Positions 62,703 to 64,000 of a stretch of DNA of 64,000 bases are shown here, one piece after another (the first letter of the stretch is position 1; every line of letters begins with the position of its first letter). Source of the DNA: Catajapyx aquilonaris (lineage: Eukaryota). Position numbers and translations under genes: made by a program. The notes below the pieces were generated by a model. It made no database searches. It saw only the letters and a list, made by a program, of their open reading frames with translations, and was not told the origin of the DNA. The stretch lies in the NCBI GenBank assembly GCA_000934665.2, contig JYFJ02000468.1:1-64000 (forward strand). Direction: 5' to 3'.

Positions 62703-63755
62703 GATGTTCAAGTCATGAAGATATACACTGAATGCACAAGTTTGCATTTTGATGTGACATGTTATGCACTTTGATAGGGGGGTAGTGATGCACTATTTCA
62801 CCCAAGTCTAGCGGTCAAGGAGGTGATAATAAAACAATAGTTTGATACATTATTATTCCTTAATTGTTCTTATTGAAATTAGGGGGTGTTTCCTACTTCA
62901 CGTCAATTTTATGATATTATTATCACTTCTTATCTACCTGCCGATTGTGCGCTTAATAGTCTGGTGCAGTGAATGATGCTGCTATTTGGAGACAAGTACC
63001 ATTAACGATTGTGAAATATAAATATCCATTACAAATCGTCAGCTGTAAATAGCAGGGTAACCTCCATGAGTGCCTCCCCACCTAGACAGGGTATTGTCTC
63101 TCCGACATATTGGACCTAAATCAGATTGGATCTGCATGCAGTGGAAAAATGTCCTTGAAAAAAAAAAATGGACGCTTGCCAATTTCCTATCCTCCAGCAT
63201 GCAATCTAGCTCCAATATGGACGTCCCATAAGGACTACGTGGAGACAATACCCTGGTTAGGGTGGGGGAGGCAACCATGTAGGGGACCCTGGTATATAGT
63301 ATACTGAAAATAATTCCGTATTCTGGAGTGAAATGCCATAGCTACTGGATGGTATTTGACGACATGCATTATAGGCATACATGCGACATGACGTACGTAC
63401 TGTACTGTTGAGCACATATAGTGTATCCTCCAAAGTTAACAAATTATGAAAAAATAATTTTACTAAATATAGAATTAGAAATTAGAATTAGTTAGAAGCA
63501 CCCATCAATAGAGTCGAGGAATGTTTAACAAAGTCTTGAACACGGAACATACTGTAGCCTAGGCTATTTGATAAGAATTCACAATGACGAATATTAATCC
63601 ACAAGAGCTCTCATGCCACAGTGATGTTCAGTTGCTGAGCGACAAGTTCATTTCCAGTCGCAACAAACAGTGTTTAGTATAATTATATGGAACCCACCAA
63701 GAACTGTGGGTTGGGGGGAAAGGAAGAAGACACCGATTGAAGAAAGAGCAAGAAC

Positions 63756-63932
63756 ATGGTGGGAAAGGCGCCGGCTATTGGGATCGACCTGGGGACTACC
63801 TACTCCTGTGTGGGAGTGTGGCAGCATGGAAAGGTCGAGATCATCGCAAATGACCAGGGGAACAGGATCACCCCTTCATACGTCGCATTCACAGACACAG
63901 AGAGGCTGGTGGGAGATGCAGCCAAGAATCAG
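63756..63932 (+). CDS. Hsp70: First coding exon of a cytosolic Hsp70/Hsc70 gene that continues beyond the window
   Basis: [59 protein letters not shown], then a CAG|GTAATA donor. This frame is missing from the supplied ORF track. Confidence 0.95.
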
Positions 63933-64000
63933 GTAATAAGGTTCAATCTCATCCGGCATATGCCAACTGTTAGCATGACCACACATATCATAACATATCT

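Overview
Eukaryotic, AT-rich genomic DNA with short GT-AG introns. It looks arthropod-like from gene and transposon content, but the species cannot be identified from the sequence. The window holds a minus-strand tandem array of 11 apparently intact histidine acid phosphatase genes (prostatic/lysosomal/venom Acph-1 type; labelled AP1-AP11 left to right) plus two 5'-only pseudogene fragments. The paralogs differ in their active-site loop and in their C-terminus (soluble, GPI-like, or transmembrane with YxxL tails). Interleaved on the plus strand are three intact, coding-intronless 365-aa genes and one truncated copy of an MpaB/Lcp-like (DUF2236) heme oxygenase family. Each sits head-to-head with a phosphatase 5' end and was co-duplicated with a shared spacer. 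This phosphatase-oxygenase pairing is the best candidate for an undescribed system, and its function is inference only. Between the genes are LINE remnants, tRNA-derived SINEs, hAT/Tc1/P/Sola-like MITEs, foldback elements and a precisely delimited Helitron. The first coding exon of an Hsp70 gene starts at the right edge. Gene models were spliced by eye, so boundaries may be off by a few bases.
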